Source: Stegostoma tigrinum
Lineage: Eukaryota
Reading direction: 5' to 3'
Length of the DNA: 64,000 nt
Assembly: GCF_030684315.1 (NCBI RefSeq)
Contig: NC_081386.1
Location: 17,059,914-17,123,913 of the forward strand
Part shown: in pieces, positions 38,339 to 51,460 of the stretch
Layout of the letters: each line of letters starts with the position of its first letter
Position numbering within the stretch: the first letter of the stretch is position 1
Position numbers and translations under genes: made by a program
The notes under the pieces: model-generated
What the model saw: only the letters and a program-made list of their open reading frames with translations
The model's database searches: none
What the model was told of the DNA's origin: nothing

Positions 38339-39849
38339 AATTCGTGGAGCGGCTACACAAGCAGCAGAGGTGCCAGAGCCCCATCCTGTGGTCAGCAGCA
38401 ACACAGCAGGCTGGCGGCATCGAAATCAGCGCCAAAGCAAAGGCACTGAGCCCAGAAAAAGAAACTGCTGCAACCGCTGAAGCGCCTGTGCCGCAAGGCT
38501 GCCGAGTCAGCTGGTGACCAACGTCGGGCTTTGCAGGGGAGATTTGGAGAGGCAGGCATCCTCAATTCATGCGTGTGGAAGGAATGGAATTAAAACAATA
38601 CTCGCCCAGGAACGAATTACCCGTGCATTGCTGGAAACTGTCTCCCAGGATTTCAATACAAATATCCTGCAGGCGAAAAAGAAGCCAAAGGAGTATAAAA
38701 TAATGATTTTGTACATCGTAAAGAAAATTTGGAACTAAAATATAACGTTTAGAAATAACCGTAAGCGTTTGTCATGTCTAATTTAGAATCTATCGGATAC
38801 AACAGTGTTGCATTCCACGTGCACTGTTCCCTTCATTTTTCCCATCGGCTTCCAATGGCTTTTTCACGGGAGGCTGACTGGCAGGATGAATTTTCACCCA
38901 GGAGGCAGGTAGACGAGTAAAATTCTGCAACAGGCAGCGTGAAGCATCATCCTGTCCCGGCCTTTATTACAACGGCATGGTCAGGCTTGGAAGGACTAAC
39001 TACCCACAAGAAGCAGATGGTGCATTCAGACCATGAATTTCCTTGTCTTTCACAAAATTGGGAACGGACTAATAGTACAGGAGGGAAGTCCCATCAGCAG
39101 ATCATAATCACAACCATGGACCGCCTTGTAAACGGACTCCCCACCATCACAGTGGACCGGCAACTATGGCTATTTTCTCAGTGGAACCTTAAGGCGGCGG
39201 AGAGGACACCTCAAGAGGGAGACAGTCTCTATTATATGAAAAGCAGGCTTTTCATCTGCTTCTGAGCTGGAGGCGTCTTGTTAGCTCTCAGCCCTGTGGG
39301 TAACACGCCACTGTCCTTAGTGTGATTACAAGTGCGTCCCTTGGCTAATAACTGGACGGGGGGGGGGGGGGGGGGGGGCAGAAAAAGCACTGAACCGTAA
39401 CTGTTCCCTATTGAGTGCAGATCTAGCAACGTCATTCTCTCCCAAAGCATTGCTTGTGATTACAGAGCATTTAAATTGAGCACCGTCCACAGCAAGTCAA
39501 CATATTATGTGAACTGGCCACCCAATCAGGTTAAAGAATCCTGACTCAGCTACACAGTCAGAGTCAGGAATTGTCCTATAACAATTCATTCAATGGCAAA
39601 TAAAGTCAATAAAGCAAAATGAAGAGGGAAGTGAAGAAGAGATTTAGAGGGCAGTAGATAATAGCTGTTTTTCCTCAAACTTGCACTTTATCTGTATGTT
39701 TGTCACAATTTCTGATTAGTTCATAGCTCAGTTTGTGGTTAATAGTGGTTAAGAGACTGCGCTCATTTCTCCTTGATCAAATATGTGCTCAATTAAAGCA
39801 CAGCTTCCCTTTCTCTTGGTGTGACCCTATTTTAATGGTCTGGTCTTTG

Positions 39850-40785
39850 TGAGACATGGGCGTGGGGGGGGGGGGGGAGAAAGTATGTGTTTACAGCTGC
39901 TGAGTAAGCTATTAGGATTTGGGGTTTAGTTCCCAAATGAAGCAGGGGATGAACTTTTAACAGGCACAGTGAAGGAGAAATTCAGTGTGGTGGAAACAAC
40001 AGATGCCCAACTTTTCATAGACTTCTTTTTGGAATAGCAATCAGGCCTCATAAGCTGTCAATTAGACAACTATAAAAACCTATCATATATTATTATCATT
40101 TGAGCATTTGGAATTTGAGAGATAAAATTGATTCTTGGCTTTAATTTTATGAAGGTAGTTTTTTTTTTAAGAGAGATCAAAATAATTTTGAAGAGTGAAC
40201 TAAATACATCACTTCAATAAAGCTTGTAAATCCAATGCTCAGCAAAATACTTGTACAGTTATTTGGCAAAGTGTTAACAATACTGAGTTTTGTGATATGC
40301 AGGAAGACAAATGGTTAGAGGCCATTAGTACTTCAGCAGTTCAGAAGAACATTTTCAGCCTAGCAGAGGTCATTCTACTAACTTGCAAAAATCTCCGGTT
40401 TGTAAGCGTACGTAGAAGACTCCTGCCAGAAATCCAGGCCCTCGGAAATGGAAAAAGTCTCTTGACCATCAAAACTGGAAAAGAGTCAGTTGAGTAGGGA
40501 ATCATGAAATTAATATAGGAATGATGCTTGACAGGAATCAAGTAACAATAAAGAGTAATGCTGGGAAAATTGTTGGACCTTTATGTTTGCTCTTTACGTT
40601 GCTATACTTTTCTTCCGTGTAATAAACTTTTTTATTGAAAGAACTATGGCAGCCTTCTGTGAAGATGTTCAGTGACTAACCATTATGGTAATCAAAGTGC
40701 AAAATAGAAAATATTTGCTCTATGAAGCTAGGTTGTGTTCTGGAATCTGATTTGTTCTGTATTACCATCAGCTGGAATCATAACA
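39850..40785 (+). mobile_element. Probable solo LTR (family of 32375-33165); 5' boundary uncertain
   Basis: AATAAA at 40621, and 3' end tattaccatcagctggaatcataaca is shared with the other copies. Confidence 0.45.
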
Positions 40786-41575
40786 ACTCACCCACCAACA
40801 GACTAAAATGTGATTATTTAAAGTAGCCTCATGTGTTAGCACTCAGTCTAATGGCCACCACTGCTGCCCAGAGCTCACAAACAAAATCTGTTCTTTCAAC
40901 CCTGCTGGGAATGGATGCCCACCATTTAGAAGATCTGACTTAATGTAAAGCTTGTATTGGTAATCTTGGAGGGAGGACAGAGCATAATCTCAAGGCAGTT
41001 AAGTTATGTAAGATTAAGGGGTAGAACTCAGGATGCAGTAAAGAGAAGCCACAGTCTCAAAACCTGTCAGACAGATATTTTAGCCATGAAAGATAAAACA
41101 CAAACCTGTTTACACAATAAAGTTGCTTTTACAATGTCATGTGCATTTAAACAGGATTTTAAAGTCACATAAATTAGAATAAAACTTTGGAAATTAAAAA
41201 ACTCAAGAAGCCAGATAGATATGGGTAGAATTTGTATGGATAAATCAAATAGGAATCATATAAATTTGATCTTTATAAGTCAAATAAGTGTTTAGACAAT
41301 TATACAAATTTAATTTCAAAAGGCAGATAAATTATATCAATGTTAAAAAGCCACATAAAATTAATCATTTAAAAAAAATCAGCAATTCAAAATCAAGTCA
41401 AAAAGTTAAAATACATTTGACAAGAGTTGAAAAATCTCACCTGTTACATCACTTTGCAAGTTAAATCATCCATCCATTATTAAGGTCCTAACAGAGTATG
41501 CACAAACAAAAACTGAAAAGGAGGTCTCCTTCCTTATATGATTTTGATTTATTGTCACATATATTTTGTCATAAG

Positions 41576-43047
41576 TCTAATGATTAGAACCAGGTGGATC
41601 TTGTTGACAAAGAGATCCTTGATTGGCCTCATCAACCTGGGCCAATCAGGAAGCCCTGGCTGACCAATATAAACATGAGATTCTGAATGGCGGGAGTGTA
41701 GGAGTTTAAATAATAAAAAAAAACTAGGAGATTTAAAATATCCTTAGTTCAGGTGACTGTCTCGAAGCTGGCTGGGCACAGCCACTGTACTGCACACAAA
41801 TAAATAAAGGCTGGCTTGGTGGGATACTAGCCTCTGTGCAGTTATTTCAGTGGTGATGGGAGAAAACAGTACATGCCTAAAGAACATTTGCTCACAACAG
41901 TCATCTTGGAGTTGGGGTAAGCATTTCCAGTATCATGCCTTTATTTGGGAAGCTTGACCCATTCGATCTTGCTTTCGAAGACCGGGCACTGTACTTGGAA
42001 AGGATGCAATATATTTTCCAGGCAAATGACATTGGGCAGATGAAAAGCAAAGATTAATCCTCATGACTGCTTGCGAAGCTGCAGCATTTTTGGTGATAGT
42101 GCCTTAACTTTCTTAGAGGCACCAGACACTAAAACCTTGCAAGAACTGACAGTTGGTTGAGGATTATTACCACAAACTTCCTAATTCTGAGACACCGTTA
42201 GTTTTATTCAGCTGTTAGAAAACCTGAGTAAATCGAGATCAGGGATTTTGATGAAGTTAAGACAATTGGCAGAATCATGTGATGTTGGGTTAGCAGTTTG
42301 GTATATGGGATTAATATCATAACCATGCAGAAATACCTATTAGCTAAGGCCCAACTGGACTTCAAACAGGCACTTTAACTGGCTTTGTCATTAGAAAATG
42401 TGGCAAGTGGGGCATTGGAGCTGCAGGGCATCCCAATGGAAGCAGATCCTTACCTGTCTGGAATACCACGAGTGTAGGCACTTAGAGTACATACTCTTTC
42501 AGCAACCTGAAAGCTGTTCCCTCACAAACAAGGCAGGAGCAAAACAACCTAGCCCCACAGAACAATCAGAAGGCCTGTCAAAAACCATAGATTCTCCCTC
42601 TCTGTCTAGTGTTGGGAAACCTCAGAGCCTGAGATGGATATAACCTTTTTATCATTACCACCGAAACAAACTCTCCTGAGATGGGCCGTACACAAGAGTT
42701 GGGCTATGGTCTCGTACACACTACCAGTGCCAGAGTCCAAGTCAGAGGAACCAGATATGGGGCAAAACCATCGCAGGAAAAGCTACAGGAGAAAGACCAG
42801 ACCTATATCCCTGAACTGGGGGATGCAGTGACTGGAACCAGGTGGATTTTATTGACTATGAGATTCTTGATTGGGTTGTTAACTTGAGCTGATCAGGAAG
42901 CCCTGGCTGACCAATATTAACAGGGGATTCAGAATCTCCTCAGTTCAAGGGCTGATTCTGAACTGGCTGGCCACTGCCAGTGTACTGCACTTGAGCAAAT
43001 AAAGGGTGACTTGGTGACACGATACTGGCCTCTGTGGAGTTAAGTCA
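41576..43047 (+). mobile_element. Internally deleted Ty3/Gypsy LTR retrotransposon with two LTRs, PBS, gag remnant and PPT
   Basis: LTRs 41576-41849 and 42824-43047 share gaaccaggtggat, atcaggaagccctggctgaccaatat and gcctctgtg. PBS-like tggtga after the 5' LTR. ATG at 41935 gives MPLFGKLDPFDLAFEDRALYLERMQYIFQANDI. Purine run before the 3' LTR. TSD ataag/gtaag. Confidence 0.85.
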
Positions 43048-43138
43048 GTAAGAATACAATAGATTACAGTGTACAGCTTTCATTTGTTACCACTATAGAG
43101 AATGAACTTTGAATAATTTGTGAATCAGGGACATTAGC

Positions 43139-43310
43139 CACTATACCACAAGACCAACCATTTTATAGAATATAGCACCCTGTCGTCAAAACTTTACATA
43201 AACACAGTTTAGCCTATGCACTCCTGTATTTAAATCTTAGGTGTCAGAAAGGATCAATGCTTAATTAATGCTTAATGGAGCAGAATAAGCATCACTGACT
43301 GTGATGATGC
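43139..43310 (+). repeat. ~170-bp diverged direct repeat, copy 1 (copy 2 at ~44803-44966)
   Basis: Shared atatagcaccct, ctttacataaac.cagtttagcct, tgtcagaaaggat and agaataagcatcac. Confidence 0.85.
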
Positions 43311-43932
43311 CACCGAATCTGGGTCCTGTGCTTGTTACGGAAAGGTGGTTTGGCATTCACTAAGTCCACGCTGGCTGCACTCTCCTCTGTGCTGGGCTCA
43401 CCTGAGGTCTGTGCCCTGAGCCTGGCTGGATGTCCACGCCCTGGGCCCAGCTTGAGACTGTTAGAGGTCCATGTCCTGGGCCCAAATCAAGGTGTGCACC
43501 CTGGGCCTGCTCAATGTCTGCACTGGGCTCTTGCCATTGCTGATGCCATCCACACTCAGAACAAGGTAAGTAAGTAAAAATAAAACAAAGGGGGAAGAAA
43601 AGAAAAACGGAGGAGGAAGTAAAAACGGAAGTGGAAGGCGGTCAGAGTGTATGAGCTCTGGCACAGGACCCCTACTCCACTGCCATTCTGGGGTCATCCT
43701 TCATGAAATATCAGCCCTCAACTGTTTGATACAGCAACATTCACAGACAATTGTCCCAAATTCACACCAGTATCATTTTTTCCTTGCTGTTGCAGCAGTG
43801 CAAAAAGCCCAATTAGCACTTTGGGATTCTTTGCTGTATTGCATACATTACTGCAATGACTGGCACTTTCATTGGTATAGTGGCAGGGAATGCTGACAAC
43901 TTTATCATCAAAACTATCACAAATCTCAGCTC

Positions 43933-44038
43933 AGAGATAACAAAGAATTGCAGATGCTGGAGTCAGAGTCAACATCAACTTTCCTACTCCTCTGATGCTG
44001 CCTGGCCTGCTGTGTTTCTCCAGCTCTACACTATGTTG
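43933..44038. mobile_element. Short rearranged PLE tail insertion with 14-bp TSD
   Basis: acaaatctcagctc at 43919-43932 and 44039-44052. The insert joins tail pieces in opposite orientations. Confidence 0.8.
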
Positions 44039-44802
44039 ACAAATCTCAGCTCCGGGTTTTGTTTGAATCAGATATTTAACTTCGATTTTGTGACATTTGT
44101 AAAAGTAGAATTTTATAATGAAATGAAGGTAAAACTGTAACATAATCACAATAATTAATGTGACATCCTCCGTACGGTGCGCAACAAAATTAAACATATC
44201 TTCTCATTCTTAAATATACAGACTAATGATTACAAAAGCCATCAGCTTAGAAGTTACTGAGTGATAACGTTGTATAAATGCTGGAGACGTAAGCATCAGG
44301 TTCCTCTTGTGCTATTTTAGTTGAGGCTTTAATCTATTCAAAATAAACGGCTGAATTGATTGTGGTCCACAGATAAGAAGGCAGCAAATACTTGGCAGAT
44401 GTCAAAAATGCAGAACCATAGTTTAAAGAAAGAACCTAAGAAATGAGCCTGATGGAGGAGGTGTCAAACAACTATAATTCACTAGCTCCTGATCTTGTCA
44501 ATGGTTGTTTTCTTTGTGATTCATTGCCCAACTTTCGGTATAGTGAGTGGCATGCTGAAGGAGTCTGAGCTGCTGTGGTAATATAAATTTTCATGTATGT
44601 GTTGTAGTCTGGAGCTATGGTTAATGAGGTCTAAGGCTCCAATTTCTCTCCCACTATTATTATCCGCTGTTGACAGATTTTGGAAAGTTTTGCAAGTTCA
44701 TAGTCGTCCTGTTTGACCACATTACGAACTCATCTTCTTTGGTCATCAGGTCCTAAGATGAGACTTGAACCCAGAGCTTACAGCTCAGAGGCAGGAACAC
44801 GA

Positions 44803-44966
44803 CCCACTATATCACAAGGCCACCAACATTCATAGCATATAGCACCCTACATGCAAACCTTTACATAAACTCAGTTTAGCCTGCGCACTCCTATATCTAG
44901 GTCTTAATTGTCAGAAAGGATTAATACTTAATAGACTAGAATAAGCATCACCCATAGTGACGATGC
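44803..44966 (+). repeat. ~170-bp diverged direct repeat, copy 2
   Basis: Colinear with 43139-43310. Confidence 0.85.
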
Positions 44967-45059
44967 TATGAGGACTCGTTGCGAGAGTAAAGTACGATCT
45001 TGAAGGAGACTGAACCAAGTATAGATCCCCACAGCATTCTTCACAGCAATTTGTTCTGA

Positions 45060-47215
45060 AAGCTGTAAATAGGTGCAGAGATGCAATAAAATATGTCAAG
45101 ATACACTAGACCATGTAAGCAGTTAAAGAATCCACAGATTTTGAAAACGTGGATGACAGTTTACACAACATGGTGGCAGTGTTGGGATTTGAAGATTTAA
45201 TTCAGCAACAGCTGCAGACCCAATGAGGCAAACGCTGGTAACCCAGAGGACTTCAAGGATAACAGATGTGGTGAACTGCTGAGGACAACGAACCCCAAGA
45301 AAACCTTGTTGCACCACTCAACACTAAAGAATACTTAAAAAGGTATGACAGAAAGAATTTCAGACCTGAGAAATGATGCATTGCAATCAAAGAAATCGGC
45401 CCTTCCAAGGCAGGAGCACAGGTTACATCGTGAGTGGTCCCAAGTACAAGTTTCATCGTAAGTGAACAGATACCACACATTGTGAGTCTAAACTAAAAAT
45501 CGCTGCTACAAAGGGAAACTTTAAATAACACAATACTTCAGGATGAAAGGGCAAGGACTTTAAAAAATTGCAGCTTAAATCAGGCGTTGCCGCCATAGCA
45601 TGCAGACACCATGTAGGCGCAGCTAGAAAAAAAAAACAGAATTAACAGGGCCATAAGAGAAACTCACCCAATTCAGAGCAGAGAGTCAAGGAAATCGTGC
45701 ATGCAATCAATTAAAGTGGATAAGGTCTGTGCAGTTTAAAGAAATGAATGATTCTGTTCTAAAAGGAGAAATTGTTCCGGAATCTTCCATTACAGCCACA
45801 AAACATTTTAAAGTATTAAAAAAAAAGAAAGAAGCTCTATTATAGCCGTGAAAAGTGGGAAAATCTGCATTTCAAGAATGCAGTTTCTGACTTTGTCTCA
45901 TTCATTTATCAGACAGTGTATTTGAGTGGAAAGCTGCACACAATGCCAGATGCTTTGTCCAAAGCCTTCCTCAAGTCACAACGTCAATTTCATCTGAGAA
46001 ATCAAGTCACATATGCAGTCCACTGTGGCACTGTGCCAACAAGTTACAACTGACTTAGCTGCAAGTGACAAAAGCAATTGAGAATTAAGTCTGAATCTCA
46101 ACATCCACTGATTTTGCATTGAGGTTTGGCTGCATCAACGGCACTGTGAAATGCCCACGAAAAACATATTTCGAACACAGGAATCATTTCATTATTTTTG
46201 ATGACATAATCATGCTTGACGAATAATGACTCAACAAAAAGTTTCAACAGGAATTCTTAGCAAACACAAAGAACAGAGCTAGAGCTCAGTTGGCTTGAAA
46301 TCTCCAGAGACATTGAAGAACTCATTTCCAATAATCAGACATGTCATCCACAGGCCAGAACAAAGAGAAACATGGATACTTATCAGGAGTCTTAACTCCT
46401 GATTGTGCCTAAGAAATTAGCTCCACACTTGGATCTTCGTGATTACCAAGCAATACATGTCCATGAGCAATTCAATCACACAGAACAGGCTGCACATTAA
46501 AATAAGGAATTTATCAGAGCTAGGAATGGGACAATGAATCTGGTTTGATGATTTAAACAGAAAAGCTACAATCGCCCGTACAGATGCAAACCAGAGATCA
46601 GACACCAATTGTACTGCCAAAAGGGTTGCTCAAAGGAATCACAAGAACCTCATCTCATAAATGGGTGAGCCACCCTCAGGTTATTGATTGTGTTGAACTA
46701 AATGACAACCATGATATCAGACCAGAACCTCAGACCGGCAGGAAAGTAGTCAAAGACAACTACCTTTTACCCAATAAACTACTATCCTGTCACGTCTCAA
46801 GAAAATATGCCCAGTAAAATAAGTGAAATACCCACGCTTTCTGAATCTGACTTGGGAAGAGATAGATTATTGGTAAAAGTAGCCATATAAACAAACGTAT
46901 AACAATAATAGCTTCCAGAAACAAAAACTTAGGGGTAGCTGTTGTATGCAGGTCTGAAATGTTCTGGAAGTGTTGACATTTGGTTGAGTGCAATGTGCAC
47001 TGATCATTGTAATAATGTAATGAAAACTGAGTAGGCAAGTAAAGGAGGATCTCATGGGAGAAAGACCTAACGCCAGGACCTGCCAAATGGCTTTGTAGTA
47101 ACGTACAGCCTATTATTATATCCTCTAAGTAGTTGCAGAGATGCAATCAAATCACATTTTGTTTGCTCTACAAGACTCTTGTCATTATGCTAGAAATTGC
47201 CTCCTCTTCGACACA
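45060..47215 (+). mobile_element. Highly decayed Ty3/Gypsy element (PBS, RT and integrase zinc-finger traces)
   Basis: acaaca|tggtggcag at 45170/45171 looks like an LTR end plus PBS. KSGKICI at ~45851. RARA...EISRDIEELI...TC at ~46275-46345. A ~30-bp block with tgcagagatgcaat is shared between ~45063-45092 and ~47123-47152. Confidence 0.55.
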
Positions 47216-48084
47216 ATAAACCATGACGCCACTGAAGAACCCACACAATCAGAAGATATAGATGGCAACACCCACAACAAGAAATTGAGCCAGCTCAATC
47301 TTATCTTTTTGTCACTCTCCGTATACTAACGTTTGCAGTGAAAATTTAAGGTTGCAAGTAGACATTTACATAATGCAGTGTAGTAAACTGCAAAATATAT
47401 TGTGTGAGAGAGTTGTGCGTAAAAGCAGGTAGTATAATGAATTGCAGCATTATAAGTATCTGGGCAAGGCACCACTTTCCAATATGTCACACAATTACAA
47501 CATGGGAAATGCTTGCTGCTACAATTAATTTTTTACAGAAGGAAATTGAATTGCCCTGTAGGCCTGTTATTGCTTGAGAAAATTCGCAATTCTGCTGACT
47601 TTGCTTCAGGCGATAGCTAGAAATTTATGTGTAACAAGAACTTCATCAACCCTTTGCTGCTGCCAAGCTAAGATGTGGACCTGCTTTTTCACAGTCATCA
47701 CTCCGAAGCAGAAGATTAAAAAGATATGTTTCCAACAGCAATATAATGCACAAAGTGCCAAATGAAACATGGATGACCATGAGCTGTGGTAACCCTGGGG
47801 AGATCTGACGTTTGGCTATATTGTTTATGCTGACTAATTGCAATTGGGCCTCTTCATAAGATTACATCAATCAGCAATGAATCACGTCTAACATATAACA
47901 TAAATTGACATTAAAACTGCATGTATTGATTGCATAATTGTGACCTTTCTATTAACCGCTCTATTCTGTTTCACAGGGATAATAAACAAATGAGAACGCA
48001 AGACAATGCGAAGAAACACATTTTGCCACAAAACATATTGCAGTATTTGAAAGTAACAGTATGAGAAGTCTTTAGAAATGTGCT

Positions 48085-48378
48085 TGTGAGAGATGAGAGG
48101 CATGGGGTAGGGTGGGTTGTTGGAGTCCTTTTGCAGGGTGAAAACGTCAAAAACCAGAAGGCATAGGTATAAAGTGAGGGGCTTTAGTTTTTATTACAGT
48201 GTGGTAGGTGCCTAGAACATGCTGCCATGGAGATTGTAGAAGCATACACAATAGCAATGTTTAAGAGGCATTTAGACAGTCACATGAACAGGGAGGGAAT
48301 ATATTGGGATTAGTTTAGAATGGCATCAAATGTTTGGCTAAAGAACCTGTTCTTGTGCTGTACTGTTCTATATTCTAT
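48085..48378 (+). mobile_element. CR1 LINE 3' end
   Basis: agaaggcataggtataaagtgagggg...gtgctgtactgttctatattcta. Confidence 0.8.
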
Positions 48379-49280
48379 TATTTCTCACAATATTGCTCTC
48401 AGATCCAAGGCTGAGATTACGTTGTACATTCTTACTGTTTAAGATTGCTAGGAAACAATGCCACAATGATAATGTTGCTATTGATTACAGCTATCCCAAA
48501 ACCAGCATAGGCTTTTTACAAACAGATACTTTTTAATTGCCCGTAATATTGAAAAGGAAAGAAAACTCTGAACAGCACAATATTAGAGACTGGGGAGATT
48601 CTGACCAAGGGACACAATCCTCATTTTAAACTCACAATCAAACTACTATTCCATCAACTTCTTCCAACATGTTCACATTTGAGTTGTGAACAGCCTATAT
48701 GCACATTTGTTTTCAATACTTTGCAAGTAGTAGATAATGTGTGCTATCTGCAGACCCTCTCTAGGTCACTAACACATGGACAATCCATCCCAACATAACT
48801 TGATGCAGCAACCACTCCTTAAAAGCTTATCACCGCACTAAGCGCTGGATTCCCTCTCTACACCTCTTCACCATGTTTCCCCTTTTAAGATACTACATAA
48901 AACATACCTCTTTGACCAAGTTTTTGATACTCTATCCTAATATATTTTCTTATGATAAAGTGTCATGTCTTGATTGATAATGCTCCTCTGAAGCGTCTTG
49001 GCACATTTTGTTACATTACAGCTGCAACATAAAAATTATTTGCTGTTGTTCATTCAGTCCATCAGTACCTGACTTGTTATTATTGCCCTACATATAGAGA
49101 ATTTCTATTTTTCATCAATATACTTGTGCTATGGCTGTTATTGCACTGATAAGACAACCGTCTTGTTACCTCCCTGGTTGCTAAGTAACAGGAGTTCAGT
49201 GGAGGTAGCATTTTTGTCAGCTGTTATTTGTCGCCATGGCACTAACTACATGTTTTCTTTCAAATTGAACCCTTCAGGAA
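48378..49280 (+). repeat. ~0.9-kb diverged direct duplication, copy 1
   Basis: Colinear with 50598-51460, from tatttctca.aatattgctctca to ggcactaactaca...tttcaaa.tgaa. Confidence 0.92.
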
Positions 49281-50597
49281 CTCTGGAACCTTTTTACAAC
49301 ACTTTTTGACATTTTGTTTCAGTATGTCTTGATATATTGAGGCCTATTCTGGTGTTCCTTCATACATATCCTGTCACATCCAATGAGTTACATTATGGAA
49401 ACTATTAAGAGATAATGAAAAATGCACAGAAGCCCTAAACATTCCTAGCTGTGATGTTGATCACAAAATAGGCGATTTAAAAATTATTTCCTTAAATTTC
49501 TCAGAAAAATAATGAATGAATCACAGATATGATACTTTTGATGTAAGCCTGCATTAAACTGTACATATAAACATAAAATGATTTTTTAATTAATTGTTCT
49601 ATCCTGTTTAGTTAAGACAATGTGCAACGATGAAAGCAAGTTAATGTGAAGAATCACATATTGCCAGCAACACATTTTACAATGTTGGTTAAGTATTTGA
49701 TGATATGACAAATCTTTTGAGAAATCGTTTTGTTTCAGACTGATGTAATAAGATGTTTTTTCTCCCCCTCAGCATTTCTGTTTCTGAACTGGAAGGTCTG
49801 AGGTTCAAATCCGACTCTAGATCTTCTTGGCAAAGATTAAAGCACACACAGGGCTCAAAGTAGTTTGTTAATTAGTCTACAAAGTTTTCCAAAAATACTT
49901 GCCATTCCCCAGGGGAGACACGAGGATCAGGGCGTGCAAAACAAACTCCTTCTTTCCTCCTCTCCTAGCTACATCTAGTCTAATCTAGATATTTTGTGGT
50001 TATTATCATCAGGGTGGATTTCCCTTCTCCAGTTGCTGATTTTAGGGGATGGCCAGGTCACAGTGAATGAGAATATCAACTGAATATGGCACATGGCCCA
50101 TATTAGCATAGGATAGAAAACTATCCTAATTTTGAGCATTTAGTCAAATTGATGATTTATTGAGCAGACTCCTCTATTCCACTTGATATTTTACAATTGC
50201 TACACCAGGAAAAGGAACTTCTAATTGATTTTAGTTACTGAAATAAAAACAGAAAAATGCTGCACATTACAGATTACTGATGTGGGACATAAACAATTAA
50301 TGATGCGGAACCACTTTGGCAGAAATCTTAACTCACCTGTAATTTTTGTCCTTTGAGACTCAGTCGAGTTTATTTATGGGATGTAAACAGTTTTGTGCCA
50401 TGTAGCCTGTATGTAACTAAAATCTAAATATTATATCAATGGACTGCTGTCAACATATTATCAATATGCGTAAGATGATAGAAAATAAAGTTTCTGCGTC
50501 AATTTCCATCACTGATTACTTTTTGATTTCATTAATTTGTATTTTCTGAATACACAGTTAAGCAGTAAACAGAACAATTTTTTCCCTAGTTATCACG

Positions 50598-51460
50598 TAT
50601 TTCTCATAATATTGCTCTCAACTCCAAGGCTGAGATTTCATTTTTCTATGCTAATGATTGCTAGGAAACAATGCCACAATGATAATGCTGCTATTGTTGA
50701 GAGCTGGTTCAAAACTAGGGTAAGTTTGTTTTCGTCAAACAGATACTATTTAATTGCCCATTATAATGAACAGGAAAGAAAACTTTGAAAAGCACAACAT
50801 TAGAGACTGCGGAGATTCTAAGGGATATGTAGAACTCATTTCTCATTTTAAAGTCTCACATTCGGCCCTTACTTTTCCAAATTCATCAATTTCCTCCAAC
50901 TTGTTCACAAGTAAATTGTGAACAGCCTTTGTAAACAATTGTTTTCAATACCTTGCACGTACTAGATAGTGTGTGCTACATGCAGACCCTCACTAGGTTT
51001 CTAAGATGTGGAGAATCTACCTAGAAACATCTTGATGCAGTGACCACTCCTTAAGAGCTCATCACTTTGATTCCTGGGCCCCAAGGACTGGAATTCACTC
51101 TCACTACATACTTTGCATGTTTGAGATACTCCTTGAAGTGTTCCTCTTTGACCATGTGGTGCAGTTTCATGCCTTGATTGATAATGGTCTTGTGAAGTGT
51201 CTTGGCACATTTTGTTACATTACAGTTGCTGTAATTCTGTCAGTCCATTAGTACTGGACTCGTTATTGCTCTACACATTGACAACTTATATTTTTCTTCA
51301 ATATTCTTGTGCCTAGATCCTTACTGCACTCATAAGGCAACAGCCTTATTACCTCTCTGGTTGCTAAGTAACAGGAACTCAGTGGAGATGGCATTTTTGT
51401 CAGCTATTTATCGCTATGGCACTAACTACATTTTCTCTTTCAAACTGAATCTTTCAGAGT
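50598..51460 (+). repeat. ~0.9-kb diverged direct duplication, copy 2
   Basis: Colinear with 48378-49280. Confidence 0.92.
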
